Source: Geosiphon pyriformis uo1
Lineage: Eukaryota; Fungi; Glomeromycota
DNA length: 64,000 nucleotides
Reading direction: 5' to 3'
Assembly (NCBI GenBank): GCA_016748015.1
Contig: JAAOMT010000222.1
Coordinates: 747,924 to 811,923, forward strand
The translations under genes and the position numbers were made by a program. Positions 1 through 13,297 of the stretch are shown here, one piece after another (position 1 is the stretch's first letter; every line of letters starts with the position of its first letter). The notes beneath the pieces are model-generated. The model had not been told where the DNA came from. It saw only the letters and a list, made by a program, of their open reading frames with translations, and did not search any database.

Positions 1-3000
1 ATTTAGGTGTTTGCAAATATTAGAAGATTGTTTTTAGTGTGTTGAAAATTGTGTAAACTAATCAGGTGTTTTTTTTGCTTTTTTGTTGTTGTTTGTTTTA
101 GATTCTAATTTAAGTTCAAAAACAAATTGTGAATTTATGAGGTATTTTTCTTTACAAAACTTGATAATATTATAGTTAAGTTTTTTAAAATAAATAGCAC
201 AAGTGTTTATACTAATAACTTTTGGATTTTTATTAGAATAGTAAATTAAATTTTCAAGTAAATTCTTTTTGATATCTGTAATATTATAGTTTTTAAAAAA
301 ACAATTATTGATTTGGTTTTTAATATATTGAAAAAATGTTTTTTTAACAGCTATAATTCTATTTTGTATTTCAAATTATTGTTTGCAATAAATATAAATT
401 AACTAATAATATTTTAGAATTGTTATATTAAATATAATTGCCATTTTAATATTATTATTATTGTGTTATTTTTAAAAAAGCACCAAATATTACCAAATAT
501 TTTTTTAGTTGTTTCTAAATATTGTTAATATTATTTTGTTGTTAATTTTATTGTTAATAAAAATTAATAATCTTTAATAAGTTAACTTTTTTTTAAAAGT
601 ATTTTTTATAGGACATCTTTAAAAAAAAATCTGTAAAAGAATTAAACAGATCAAAATTATTGAACTTCCTAAAACTTGAATTATAATTAGTCTTATTTTC
701 ATTAAAGTTTCTATCTAAGATTATGAAAAAACTGGTATTCAAAACTACAATAACCAAAAAATTGAATTTATTAGTTTGTATTATTTTTTTGTTCAAAGTT
801 ATATTACTATATAAGTTAATAATAGAAATTAATATATCTTTTTTAAAAAAAATATAAACATAAAAGCCAACTTATTACTTTAATAATCTTGTTTATATGT
901 TTAGCAATATTAATATTTACAATAATTGTTATTTAACAATTCATATAACCAGTCTTAATATTTAAAATAAAAATTTGAATCTTATTAAATTTATTAATTA
1001 ACTAAAACTTAATATTATTTTTTAATTTAGTTTCTATAATTATTAATATTAAATTTTTTATATTATTATGTCAACAAATAATATCTAATTGTTTAATTAA
1101 TTATTTATATTTCAAATATTATATATAGTTATCTTTCAAATAAAAATATTTATTAATTAAATATAATATATAAAAAACTTTAAAAAATCTAGACAACCCA
1201 AAACTACACAAATAAAACTATTTAAAACTAATAATTTGGATTCCAGAGCTCTAATTTTGGCTGTAAAAACTTTATTACTATTAGAAAAAGACTGCAAATT
1301 AATATTAATTGCTAAACTAATAAGTAGAAAAAATAAAGATATCTAAAAAAAATTAATGCAAAAAATAAAAAGTATAGATAACATAATTAAAATATTCAAT
1401 TTAGTAAATATCTTAATCATCTAATTATTAAGAAATTCTAATAACTATTTAAGCATACTTAATTAAAAATTCAAAAATTCAAAAATAAAAAAAATAAAAT
1501 CAATTAAAACATTAAAAAAAACATTTTTATAAAAATTTGTATTTAATAAAAAATAAATTAAATTATTACTAACTATTTAAACTTATAATAAATTACCAAA
1601 AACCAGTAAATAAAATATGAAAATCTGTTTTTTGGCATAAAGTTGAACAAATTGTATAGGTTTTTTCTTAGAGATTAGTTGTTTATATATTATTTATATT
1701 AAAAAAAAGATTATTAGCTTAATTACATTTTAAAACCAAATAGCCAAAATAACTACAATTATCATAGCAAATTAGATATAATCTAATTTATAAAAGTTTA
1801 ATGTTCTTAAAAATTGAAATAATATAAAAAGCATAATCAAGATTTTTTTTTAATTTAAAACTTACTATTGTATAATAAAGCTTTAAATTAATAGTAAAAA
1901 ACTCATTTATTATACAAGTTTTATTACCTATACTATTTAATAAACTATCTAAATTATGAACTGTGATTTTTATAAACAAAGTAAATAATAATATTCTGAA
2001 TTTGTTTCTAAATACTTAAATAATCCAATTTAAAGTTGTTTTAATCACATATACAAAGTTTTTTCAATTAGTACAGATTACTATTTAGCAAGTAAATTAA
2101 CTTGGTTTAATTCAATAAACTCTATTATAATTTTTTATTATTGTCTAATTAATTATAATTAAATAAATACAATTTAATTATAATTGAATAAAACTAAGAT
2201 AATCATTTTTTTTAACATATTTATAAAATTTTTTTTAATAAATATAGCTTAATCTAAGTGAATTTTTTGTTTTCTAATATTCTTATTTATTATAATTTTG
2301 TTTTTATTAACCAATAAAATAGCTTGTTTTATACTTTTTTCTAAAATAAATATTAATCTAATAATTTTTTTAAATTTTAAAAAAGTAATAGTTTTTTCAA
2401 AACTATTTACTTTTGAAAAATTTTTTCTAATAATCTGTACTTTTGTTATTACTAATTTATCTTTAATTGTTAAAAAATTAATATTCAAAATAAAAAATTT
2501 TTTAATAAAAATTTCTATTTTTTTAAGTATCTTTTTTTTAGACATATTATTATTAGAAACAGTTTTCAAGTTTATTACAAAAAAATTATTTCCTTGAAAA
2601 ATATTAAATAAAAAACAAAAAAAAAAATTAAAAATTTTTTCAAAAAATTGTTCTTTGAAAAATTTTGAATATAAAAAAAAAAAAGTTAAAAGTTATATTA
2701 TTTATAATTTTAAATATATTTATAATTTTTTATTAATAAAACTAGTTTTTTTAACATAGTATTTTTTATGTTTTTAGTATTTAATTTTTTATTAATGCCA
2801 CTAACTTTATTATTTTAAAATACAAATTTAAAATTTCTGTTAAATTTAATTGTTTTTATATTTAATATAAACAAAAAAATTTAATATTAATATTTTAATA
2901 CCAAGTTTTTTTGTTTATTTTATTAAAAATATACTTAAAAATATATTTTTTACATTAGAATTATTTTTTTACTTTTATTTTTAATTATATTAACAGCAAA

Positions 3001-3120
3001 AATACTTATTATGTTTAATTTTATAAATAAAAATATATTAAAAAAATAACTTAAAAAAAACTGCCAAAAAATAAAAATATTAAGATATTTTTTCAAATAC
3101 TTTTTGTTTTTTTTGTGGTT
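1..3120 (-). mobile_element. Heavily decayed non-LTR retrotransposon (LINE) relic: ORF1 and start of ORF2 (APE endonuclease)
   Basis: ORF 2249..2569(-) 'IKKFFILNINFLTIKDKLVITKVQIIRKNFSKVNSFEKTITFLKFKKIIR' aligns with LINE ORF1 at 40801..41955 'VRKSFALDISLDNVVRKSTQKKLVVVRKLFSKINGFGGTSISSKFAGIIR'. ORF 593..796(-) 'SFFIILDRNFNE..SSFRK..FDLFNSF' aligns with the APE segment at ~39830-39950 'FSFIIFGGDFNE..ASFKKCLDLGLVNSL'. Boundaries approximate. Confidence 0.7.
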
Positions 3121-3901
3121 TAAAAATTAATAAGAAAAAAAGTTTTTTTATCAAAATTTATAAATCAATAATTATATAATAATTAAAAAATTATTAAAAC
3201 AAAAATACAATTTTAAATATAAAAATAATAATTTATTAACATATAATATTTATATAATATTAAAATTAAGTAACTTATGATATTAAAGAATTAATAATAA
3301 TAATAATATTATTAATTAAAAATATAGCAATTAATAAATAATGTTTAAAAATGTATGAATTAAAAATATGCTGAAATTTTTACCTTACTTGATAGAATCA
3401 AAATGTAAAATACTAAAAGTTTCTTCAGATTACTTAAGCAGTGTGTGTAATGCTAGTGTCACGTGAAAAAGTACATTTACACAGATATTTAATATGATAT
3501 GCATATTTTGTAATTCACCGAATTCAGTAAAAATGATAAAAATGGCTTTCTTTATTCTATATTCAACCAACGGAATTGGCAAAAAGTGAGTCATGAGTTC
3601 ATAAATGGTTAGATTCTATTAACATGTGATAAAATGCATAGTAGAACTTTCAAGGACACTTGTTACTAACAAATGATTTCGATCAAATTAATCAAAAAAT
3701 ATATAAATAAGATCCATTTTTTGCACACTTTCAAACTCAACTTTTCAAGTTCTTTCACTCAGTTCTTTCGCGCTCTAAGCTCTTTTAACTCTTGGAGACA
3801 CCTACCACCGCTTTCATTAAGCGAAAAGTACACAAGTTTTTTTTTATTAGAATTTACCAAAGCCTACTTTTACCACTTACTTCAATTCGCAGACAAAAGA
3901 A

Positions 3902-6900
3902 ATGGAAAACTCACTAGTCCAACGCGATCCCGAGGTTTGGCTTCCCTCAATAGATTAACTTTTATGTGATCAATGGGTTCAATGAAAATATTATTTTGAC
4001 TTATGAAAATTGATGTAAATTTTTTTTTCCTAATTTAATCAAAGCCTCGCCCAGGTTTCGGTGAGTTATCAAGACAAGCCATAGAGACATTTTTGGGACG
4101 CGCCGACTTTTCAAAAATTACGGTAAGTATTAGTTTGCCTTGTTTTTTAGCTTGTCTCGGTCTCAATTCCCACCGGCCAAACTTTTTTTTAAGAAATCAG
4201 CCACGTATTTACTGCTATTCTACTGCCTACTTTACTTCTTACCAATGGCTGTTACTGGCCGGTGACTTTGAGATCTAGGTAAGCACGGTCATTCTACGTA
4301 TAGCGGATAATAGATTAATCCTTGTTATAGAATTTCTTTATGTTGGTGGAGCTTCTAATAATCAAGCTTTGTTCAAATATTTTTAGCTTCCGCTTGCAAT
4401 AGGAGAAATTCGGCTCAAAGGTATTTCTCAAATTTGAAAAATTCGTAATTGAGTAAATCCAAAAAAAAATCCAAAAAATCTTTTCACAGTAGGGAAATCA
4501 CACAAAACGCGTAAGCCTTTATCTACCATGAAGGTTCAACCGGGAGGAATCTATAAAGATCCACTTAATATGCAAAATTCTGAAGCATCCAAAATTACAA
4601 CTAATACCGCCGCAAAGGTAACTTTAGCATAAAATATATACTTATCTTATTTAAATCTTTTTTAATTCATATGTTATGTCAATGAAATCTTTTAAAAAAA
4701 AACAAAGTCTCAAACTTCTGTACCTCCTAAGGGTATGGTGAAAGAGACAAAGCCATCTAGATCAACTAACCGGCCCCAACCCCCACCTCGAATCACGACT
4801 ACGAATTTGCCCGTAAATCTTGCACCACCCCAAACCAGTTCTTCGCCTCAAAATTTGGCCAGCCTAGAGGGCCAGAGGGAATGGCCACCACTCAGTCCTA
4901 CCCCTACGACACTTCTAAATCAGACCAAAGTGAAGATGAATCACCTGCAGGCCAAACCGAATTCGGCATCTGTTGGCTCACAAAATGGGTTGGCTAAATC
5001 AAATGCTTCTTCACCACGATCAAGAACTACTTTAACAAGTATAGGCGATGAAAAGGAGGTTGAATGGCCCATACCCAAACCTAACTCTCCATTTATTATT
5101 CGCCAAAATGGATTAGCAAATCCCCATCCCAATCCGCCGCTACTCAAAAACAGTTCTATAAAATTGTACGATAATCAAGAATGTTCACTTCTCAGTCCCA
5201 TATCCCCAACATCACCGTTACTTCTTCAAAAAGGTGTAGAAATATCGTCGCAACCAACTGCTAATTCTACACTAAACCCTTCACTACATAATAAAGCTGA
5301 TTTATCCTCTCCATCTTGGCAAATGAACACATTAGCATCAAATAACCACCACCCTGAATCTATTCCTGACAATCAACAAATTCAATCTCCTATATGCTTC
5401 CAAAACCAAATTTCGAAAGAATCTCCTACTGCACCCAAATCACCCCCACTTCAGATCAGAAATAATGGCTTGACCTCAACATATCAAAATATTCAAAGTT
5501 CAATATCACTTCCTGCCGGGCAACCCATTACTTATCAGCGTGACAGTCCAAGGCCAAAGCAGCTTACTGCCACGTTGCAATCAAAATCTCCTCCTTTTAA
5601 TCCGAATCATGATCAAAGACCGAAACATATTCCCGCTTCCCCGTATTCGACTTTACCGCCACATTCATTGAGTGATACTAAGGCTAAATCATCACCATCT
5701 CCCACAAAGATGATATCAAAGCCTCCCAAATCTGATAACCGGCCCCAATCCAACACTTCCTCACCGAAGCCGATATCGCCGCCACCTTCACTTAAAAACA
5801 CGGGGATTGAAAAGGTAGCTCCATCATCCCTGGTTATATCTGGTGATGATAGGTCAGATAACAATACCCAAATAGAATCACAAAAAGAGTGGATACCACT
5901 CAGTCCAAAATCTCCTACTAGCTCTACCAACAATGGTGATTATCCACAATTTATTACCTCACCAAAATCTGGCCTTTCGTCCCTTCAATCGGCAATAGTA
6001 AAACCACCCTCACCGCCTCTTATTCCGTCTTCAGATTTACTGCCAGCGTCCGAAATAATTAAACCTGACAACACGCCTATTTCTCCTCAATCAGCAGAAG
6101 CACCATCATCATCTCCTCAACCAACTAAAGCACAACAACCTAAAAGTTGGGCTGAGTTAGTAAAATCCAGTCCAGCGATCAATGTTAAAGCAGCAGCAAC
6201 TGCTGCTGCTTCCTCAACAAATGGCAACAAATCGACGAGCCCGAACAAACAAGCTAAAGCCAAGGGCACTCCGACAAACGGGAGGCCAAAAGTTGGGGGC
6301 CTGGCTGGTTTGTAATCATGTTATACTCTTTGATTTTTTTTTATTTTACTTTTCCCTCACTTTTATATTTTGCTTCTTAAAAAAAATAGGAGTGCTTCAA
6401 AATTTTCAACCGATATATAAAAACTCATTGTTGCAACCTCGAGGCCTAGTAAACAATGGAAACACATGTTTCATGAATGCGGTATTTATTATGTCCCAAG
6501 AGTAACGTTATTGTTGAACTGAAAAAATCTCAAACCTTTTAACATTATCGTGGCGTGTAGATTTTGCAACCTTTGTCACATTGTCCTCCTTTTTATAATT
6601 TACTCATGAGAATTGAAAAAGAGGTTCCCCATAACTTTAATAACAAGAATCCTCTTCTGGATTCTCTGTGAGTTTTTATATTTTTGAAAATACAGACGAT
6701 ATTATTCGTGATTTGAAACATTTCTAATGGGTTTCAAAATTTCCCACTTTAATAGAATTATCTTCATGACTGAATTCCAAGAGGTGAAGGACGACATTGA
6801 AAATGGTGAAGGTATTTGCAATTTGACATCTTTTATTTGATCCAAACTCCGGCTCAAAAATCATCAAATAGATTTTGGAGAACCATTTGCTCCCGAATAT

Positions 6901-7000
6901 GTATATGACGCTTTACGACGGACCAAGAAATTCGACTCAATGAAAGTAAGAAAATTTTCGAAATTTTTTATTTATTCAGCATATTTGTTCTATCTTCTTA

Positions 7001-7043
<43 letters not shown>

Positions 7044-8328
7044 TAAAGGGTCGTCAAGAAGATGCTGAAGAATTTCTTGGCTTCCTATTAGACGGTCTGC
7101 ATGAAGAATTCCTTGCAGGTAATGAATTTGATTACAGTATTCCGTCTTCCTACCTAAATCAGGAATTTAATGTTGTAACAGAAAGGCAGTATTAACTCTC
7201 TTATGTTATTAAACGCAAATAATTTTTAGCTATAAGAACTCAAGGATCCCGATCAAACAACTATATTCCAAACGGTCATGTACAAGAAGCTCAGGGGCAG
7301 AAGTACACGAGTTCAACAAATCAGATAACAAATAATGATGGTTGGTTTGAGGTTGGCCAAAAGAATAAGCAAAATATCACTCGTTCGACTGATATACAAG
7401 AGTCTCCTGTGAGCCGAATTTTCGGAGGGCAAGTAAGATACGTTTTAAGATGTCCTGGCAGTTCAGATTCGATCACTTTACAACCCTTTTCATCGCTGCA
7501 ATTGGACATACAGGTATTTTTATTTGTCTAATTACTTATTTTCAGCTGAATAATATGAATTACCAATATAGTTCTCTTGCAATATAATACTCTAACAGAA
7601 TTTATATTATTTTTCAGCCCGATGATGTGAAAACTGTAGAAGACGCTTTGTTGAAAATGAACGTCCCCGAAATTGTTCATGATTATTGTTCACCGAAAAA
7701 TGGGATTGTGGTATTTATTATTGCTAATTACTTGGAAAGAGGTAACATCCTGATATACCAACTCGTATTTTTTTAAAAATAGGTCGAAGCCAACAAGAGG
7801 CTTTATCTTGACAAACTTCCACCAATACTGATCTTACACTTAAAAAGATTCGTATATGATAATGTTGGTGGGACTCAGAAACTAAACAAAACAGTTGGCT
7901 ATTCCACCAATATTACAATTCCATCGGGTAAGTGTTTTGTAATTTCTTGATTAAACATTCAACAAATAATTGAATTAGTAATTGCTCTAATTATTTTCAC
8001 CTTTCAAGACCTCATTAGCCAAGCGCAAAGGCAGCGGGGCCCAATTAATTATAGGCTTTTCGGCGGTAAGATTTCAATCAAATTAATTCCTAAAGTAAAG
8101 AAAACTTTGAATAATTTTCTAAATCCATTTTTAGTCGTTTATCATCATGGAAAATCGGCTACAGGTGGTCACTATACCTGTGATATTTTACGACAAAATA
8201 ATAGTTGGCTTCATGTTGACGACGCTACCATCACCACAATAACTGGTGCAGATGTAATAGTAACAGATACTACATCTGCGTCAACGGATCGGCTCGCGTA
8301 TTTGTTGTTCTATATCAAAACAACATAA
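3902..8328 (+). CDS. UBP3: Ubiquitin carboxyl-terminal hydrolase, Ubp3/USP10 family (multi-exon, long Pro/Ser-rich N-terminus)
   Basis: Spliced frame reconstructed from GT-AG introns: 3902-3934, 4045-4122, 4387-4420, 4490-4617, 4708-~6307, then the catalytic exons. Cys box 'PRGLVNNGNTCFMNA/ILQPL', 'GRQEDAEEFLGFLLDGLHEE', 'LPPILILHLKRF', His box 'VVYHHGKSATGGHYT', 'WLHVDD', 'AYLLFY'. 'PKSWAELVK' and 'DGWFEVG' motifs are typical of Ubp3/USP10. The 5' exons are less certain than the catalytic domain. Confidence 0.9.
7002..7043 (+). repeat. (ATT)14 microsatellite inside a UBP3 intron, immediately upstream of the 3' splice site
   Basis: 14 perfect ATT units followed by TAAAG|GGTCGTCAAGAAGATGCT (GRQEDA exon). 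Confidence 0.95.
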
Positions 8329-8686
8329 ACGCGAGCCGATTCTCTGTAAATATTGAATATATTTTTGTAATTAGAAAAACTTGTATATGCTTGTAATAAA
8401 TTTCTTTTTACCGGATTTCTTAGTGATCATTGGGAAGCTTTAATGCTGAAAATTTTTTTAAAAACTCATGGGTAATACGCCATGAAGATTTCGCTATATC
8501 CTTATTAACTGGGAAGCCGAAAGTTTTTGTAGAACAAAGGTCTTTTGATAAGATCTTATTAAATACTTTATCTAGCTCCTTTTGTACTTTATCATCCGTA
8601 TCAGTAGATCCAACTGACATGCCATTTTTATCAATTAAACTTTCTTTCACTCTTCGGAAAGAGGTTCTCAAATTTAGTTGTTCGTC

Positions 8687-11380
8687 ATGTTTTCCCAGTT
8701 CTCTAAAGTCTCTTCTTGGTCTCGTCATGAAGACTCCTCTATACACACCAATCATTCTTTGTTTTTTTCTTTCCCAACAAATGATGCAGAAGCGGACACT
8801 CAAGAAGCCATACCACTTCAGAATTCAAGGCAACTTGATTACATTCAGTATCCAGATGATTATTCTGCGTCTGAAATCGATTCCCCGCTCTTGTCTCATG
8901 TTCCAGATAACCTCGATCCCACCTCACAAGTTAGTGTTTTGAGATTTATTTCACCTAAACATGATTTTAACATAAAAGTACATTAACACAATTAATTCAT
9001 GCTTGATCAGACCCCTGGTGCTTTCTATCTTGATGTCCATCAAACAAATTCGATGAATGACTTGAGAAACACATTAACAGAAGGTCTGCTGCCTTCTACC
9101 ATGGTAATTTCAGATTTAATTAATTACTTCAGATAATATCTTTGAAATGATCAAATAGTGGAAACATCTTATGCCGTAGATCCCTCCTTCACTCCTGGCA
9201 GGCCCTCGTAAACGTCAATTCAAAGATCCTTTTTTTGCATTATTATTCTTTATGGGACTTTTCGTTGTCTTAATCACGGGGATTATCTTTCTTTTAAAAA
9301 CGAACGTAAGTGTCTTTGATATCGGTCTTTCACTCTGCAAATTTACAAATAATCCCAGAATTCTGACTTTTTTAGTCTCTCCCGATAGAGGAGAAATCTC
9401 ATGCTGCCGTTTATAGAGTGATTCGGGATAGCAAGGGTAATGATTAGCATGCTTTAGAATGCAGACAAACAGCTGTATGATAAAAGAAGCATATAGAGGG
9501 AATTAATGTTTAATCTGGTTCCTATTCTTCCCATTAGGCTTACTAATATTCTCGATACTTTTCTCATTATTGATTGGTGGACTATGGATAACTATTCTTA
9601 GTTCATATGTTGAGGTAAAACCTTTATAATTTATGCCGAACCAGCCTTTTCAGTTACTTTGGGCCGATTTTTAATAACATTTTATACTAGGTGATATTCA
9701 AGACTTTGATTGGTGTTGCTCTTACATCAGCAGGAATACTTCTTTGGATATTAGCAGAATTTCTTGCAGGAACTAGTTTAAAGTCTGGCAAATCTGACCC
9801 GCAGAATAAATGGTACGATACTTATCCAAAAAATATGTAATTTGACCCAAGAAATGAAGTTGTGACGATGTTATACTCTTCATTTCCAGGCTCGCATTTT
9901 CATCAGTCATTCCACTGGCAATCATAATCATATACCTAAGATTGATCTATTATGGCAGGGAAAGTATTCAAAAGACGGTGAAAGTGATCCAGGTTTGTTT
10001 TCGGGAAGACAATGGCTCCTATTTACTTTCATATCCTTGTTACTAACTCTGATTCAGCTCGCATGTGGTATTCTCAAAGATAATCCACTGATTTTGGGGG
10101 TTTCATACGCGATATTGGCGAGTTATATTCTTTTTACAGTATTATGGTTAATTTTCTTGAGCCGTTTATTCTTAATTGGTCACATGATGAGAATGAGTGG
10201 AGGTAACTGCCCAAGCCTCAGATGATGATAAGTTTAATGTATGAAATAATTTGCTGAACTTTTGCTTTGCCCTAGATTCCATTTGGGTTGTTGACCACCG
10301 AACATACTTCCTTATAGGCTTTTACCTTTTTATGTATTTATGGGGATCTGCAGTCTTCAGCAACATCCAAAGGTAATTAATTTCTCGCGGTGAAACTTGC
10401 ACGAGTTTTTGAGCCTATTCTCGTCATAGAACTCTTATCTATAACGTAAATTTATTGAAAATAGGATTACATTGGCAAGTGTTGTATCACATTGGTATTT
10501 TCACAGGTAATAATTTAATGACTCACATGAATTTTCCAAGTCGTAACTCATCTTTTTTTTTAGGGATGAGGATGCCCCAACTTCTAATCAACGTGTAATC
10601 AAAGCAGCAATTACTCGAGCAACTACTACCTCCTTTGGAACTGTATGTCTAGGAGCCTTGATGCTTTCTATAGTACAAACTTTGCGGTTGGTTACTAGTT
10701 TCCTCAAAAAGGTTGTGTATATATTTATAGAATCTTTCTAAGGTCTCCTTGGCATTATCTAATATCCGATTTTCAATAGCGATTAAGAGGAAGACAGTCT
10801 AAGGTCTTCACTTGTTTCTCATACTGCCTACGGTGCTTTGAAGGGATAATAGATAATCTTAACAACTATACTTTAATATATGCCGGGATCTCTGGTGAAA
10901 GCTTCTGTTCCTCAGCTTATTTTACAACAAAAATATTTCGCAGAAATCTTGTTTTCGGACTAATTACTGGTGAGCATTATCATCGAACGCATAAAAAACT
11001 CATTTTTATGTGCTTATCAAAATTCCTCCTTTAGATCTTATTACCAAGTTTGTGTTATACGTTGGATCCGTGCTTATAGCATTGATTTGTGGGGTGGCTA
11101 CATTTGTATTTGCGACCAATTCACTTCATTCCTCCTATGGCTATGTGGTTGGGATCATCGCCACAATTGTACCATATTATATCTCACAGTTTTACACTTC
11201 CATAATGATGAATACGTAAGTCCATATTATCTATCTATTTTTGTTTCACGCATTTCTATATATCTTATTCCTCAAATTATATATAGGATCGATGCCACAT
11301 TCATGTGCTATATCATTGATCTCGATACAAATATAAACAATTTGAAAGCCGCACATGATGCATTCTCTGATGATCGGTAA
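8687..11380 (+). CDS. Choline transporter-like (CTL/SLC44/Pns1 family) multi-pass membrane protein, multi-exon
   Basis: Spliced segments read 'RQFKDPFFALLF', 'LACGILKDNP', 'YLFMYLWGSAVFSNIQRITLASVVSHWYF', 'RATTTSFGTVCLGAL', 'NNYTLIYAGISGESFCSSA', 'IDATFMCYIID', which are hallmark CTL/Pns1 motifs. Start ATG 8687 (MFSQFSK) is inferred; an upstream exon is possible. Confidence 0.88.
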
Positions 11381-11679
11381 TAAATAAATGAGCTTGAGCT
11401 ATTGTAAATTATTTTGATGAATTCTAAAGCCGGAAATATTTCATAATCTGTACTTTTAATTTGACTGAAACCACCCGTGCCTAATTATCTAATAGTTGGT
11501 GATCCAGTTATTTCATTGATTTGTGTCGAACATTCTTTGTATTTCAAATTTCTTAAAACTCACATTGTTTTTATAATTGGAAGCAATTCTAAATTGATTT
11601 GTAACTTGGTTGCCTGATAAGTTAATTGATTAAGAAGTGATATTTTTTGTTTATATGATTAAAATATATATTTGGAATT

Positions 11680-13050
11680 AAAAAAATAATTTATAAACTT
11701 GAAAAAATATTAATTTTATATTAATGTTAAAATTTATATTACAAAATATTAATTATATATATATATATGTAATTATTTTATTTTTATACAATATCAAAAA
11801 ATAAGCTTTAAAAATATAATTTATTATATAAAACTATTATTTTAAAAATAAAATACTTATATAAAAATTATTCAATATTTTATAATTAAAATTTGTAATT
11901 AGATAATATTTTATAATAATTATAATAATATTACAACATAATATTATTAAAGTATTTTTTATTATTTAAATATTAATAATAAATTTTTTTAATTTTACTT
12001 TTTACATATAACTAATTATTTGAACCAATTAAAATTAAACTAAGTTAAACCAAAAAGAGCCAAAAGTAAATCTAATTTATTAAATTTATTAATACAAATT
12101 CAAATTTTGATTGTTAAAAATAAACTTACTTAAAAACAATTTAGTTTTTTTTATACTATTTTTAATATTAAAAAAATTTATTTATTATAATTAATTTATT
12201 TAAAAAAATAAGTTTGATAATACTTATTTTATTATTTTTTATTTAATTATAATTAACTTTAGTCTTAAAATAAGCAAAGTTTTTAAACAGACTTTTTAAA
12301 TTTTTATCAGAATTAAAAACAATACCAATTATTATAATTATATTAACTTTTATTTTGAAAATTTTTAGATCTTTAATAGCCAAAAAAAAGATAATTAAAA
12401 AAACTAAAAAACTAATAAGTTTAATAACAAATTTTATTAATACAATTAACTTAAAAATTTAAGATTTCAAAAAATTTAACTTAAAACCAATCACAAAATT
12501 AACAATAAAAACAATTAAAACAAAAAAACAAAAAAAAACAAAAGTTTTAATATAAAACTTATTATTAATAAAAAATAATTTAAAAATACTAAATTTAATA
12601 GCAAATTTAAAAAAAAGTTTTTAAAAAAATAAATAATAATAATTTATAATTAATAAACAATAATTTAAATTTTAATATTTAAAATAATACCAACAGTTAA
12701 AAATTTTTTATTAAATATAAAATTTTTTTAAATATTAATTATAATAATAATAATATTTAAGTTTTTTTTAAAATCAAAAATAACAATAATATAACAAAAT
12801 TATTAAATCAAATTAAAAAAACAGAAAATAAAACAAATATAACTATTAATCTAAAAAACCAATTTGCTAATTTTAAAAACTATATAATCAAAAAAAAAGT
12901 TCATTAATTTGGTCTTAAAATAATTAAAATAAATAAAAAAAAAATTTAAATATTATTTTTTTATTAGCAAGCAAAAGTTATATTAGTAATAACAAAAAAT
13001 TTAAAATAAATAATAATATAAAGTTATAAGTTAACAGATTTTAATTTTAT
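11680..13050. other. Extremely AT-rich degenerate TE relic bordering the gene island
   Basis: Almost devoid of C/G, no ORFs of 60 aa or more, same composition as the recognisable decayed LINE at 1-3.1 kb. Family not identifiable by eye. Confidence 0.5.
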
Positions 13051-13057
13051 AAAAACA

Positions 13058-13297
13058 ATTTTTTTATTATTAATATTTAATAAGTAAAGTCTAATTGCTA
13101 TTTAGTACATAAAACCAAATTAAGTAACTTAAACTAAATACAGTTTATGTTTTTACTACATGTAATTAACCATTTGGATCAGACAAAACAATACTTAACA
13201 TTTATACTAATATATATATTATTACTTAAATCCAAAAAAAAGAACATAGTTTATATCTACCAAAACTAACTGCAAAAAATTTCACAATATTAAACAG
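13058..13297 (-). mobile_element. LINE 3' end fragment (end of ORF2, 3' UTR, poly(A)), cut by an LTR insertion
   Basis: Reverse complement matches the LINE 3' UTR at 20720-20860 (ttggtt.tatgtactaaatagca.tt). T-tract at 13058-13065. Ends exactly at the LTR TGTTAT at 13298. Confidence 0.8.

Noticed and set aside
1-3400. Organellar or bacterial-endosymbiont DNA suggested by extreme AT content and K/I/N/F-rich ORFs
   Set aside because: Residual peptides align with LINE ORF1/APE elsewhere in the window; the composition is explained by mutational decay.
3458-3466. GTCACGTGA E-box upstream of UBP3
   Set aside because: A single short motif with no supporting evidence; could occur by chance.
4941-5933. 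Antisense ORFs over the UBP3 large exon, and the many short antisense ORFs across the TEs
   Set aside because: Shadows of the sense-strand coding frames with no independent motifs.
8420-8942. ORFs 8420..8803(-) and 8430..8942(+)
   Set aside because: No recognisable domain. They overlap the UBP3 3' region and the first CTL exon, which is in another frame. Treated as shadow ORFs.
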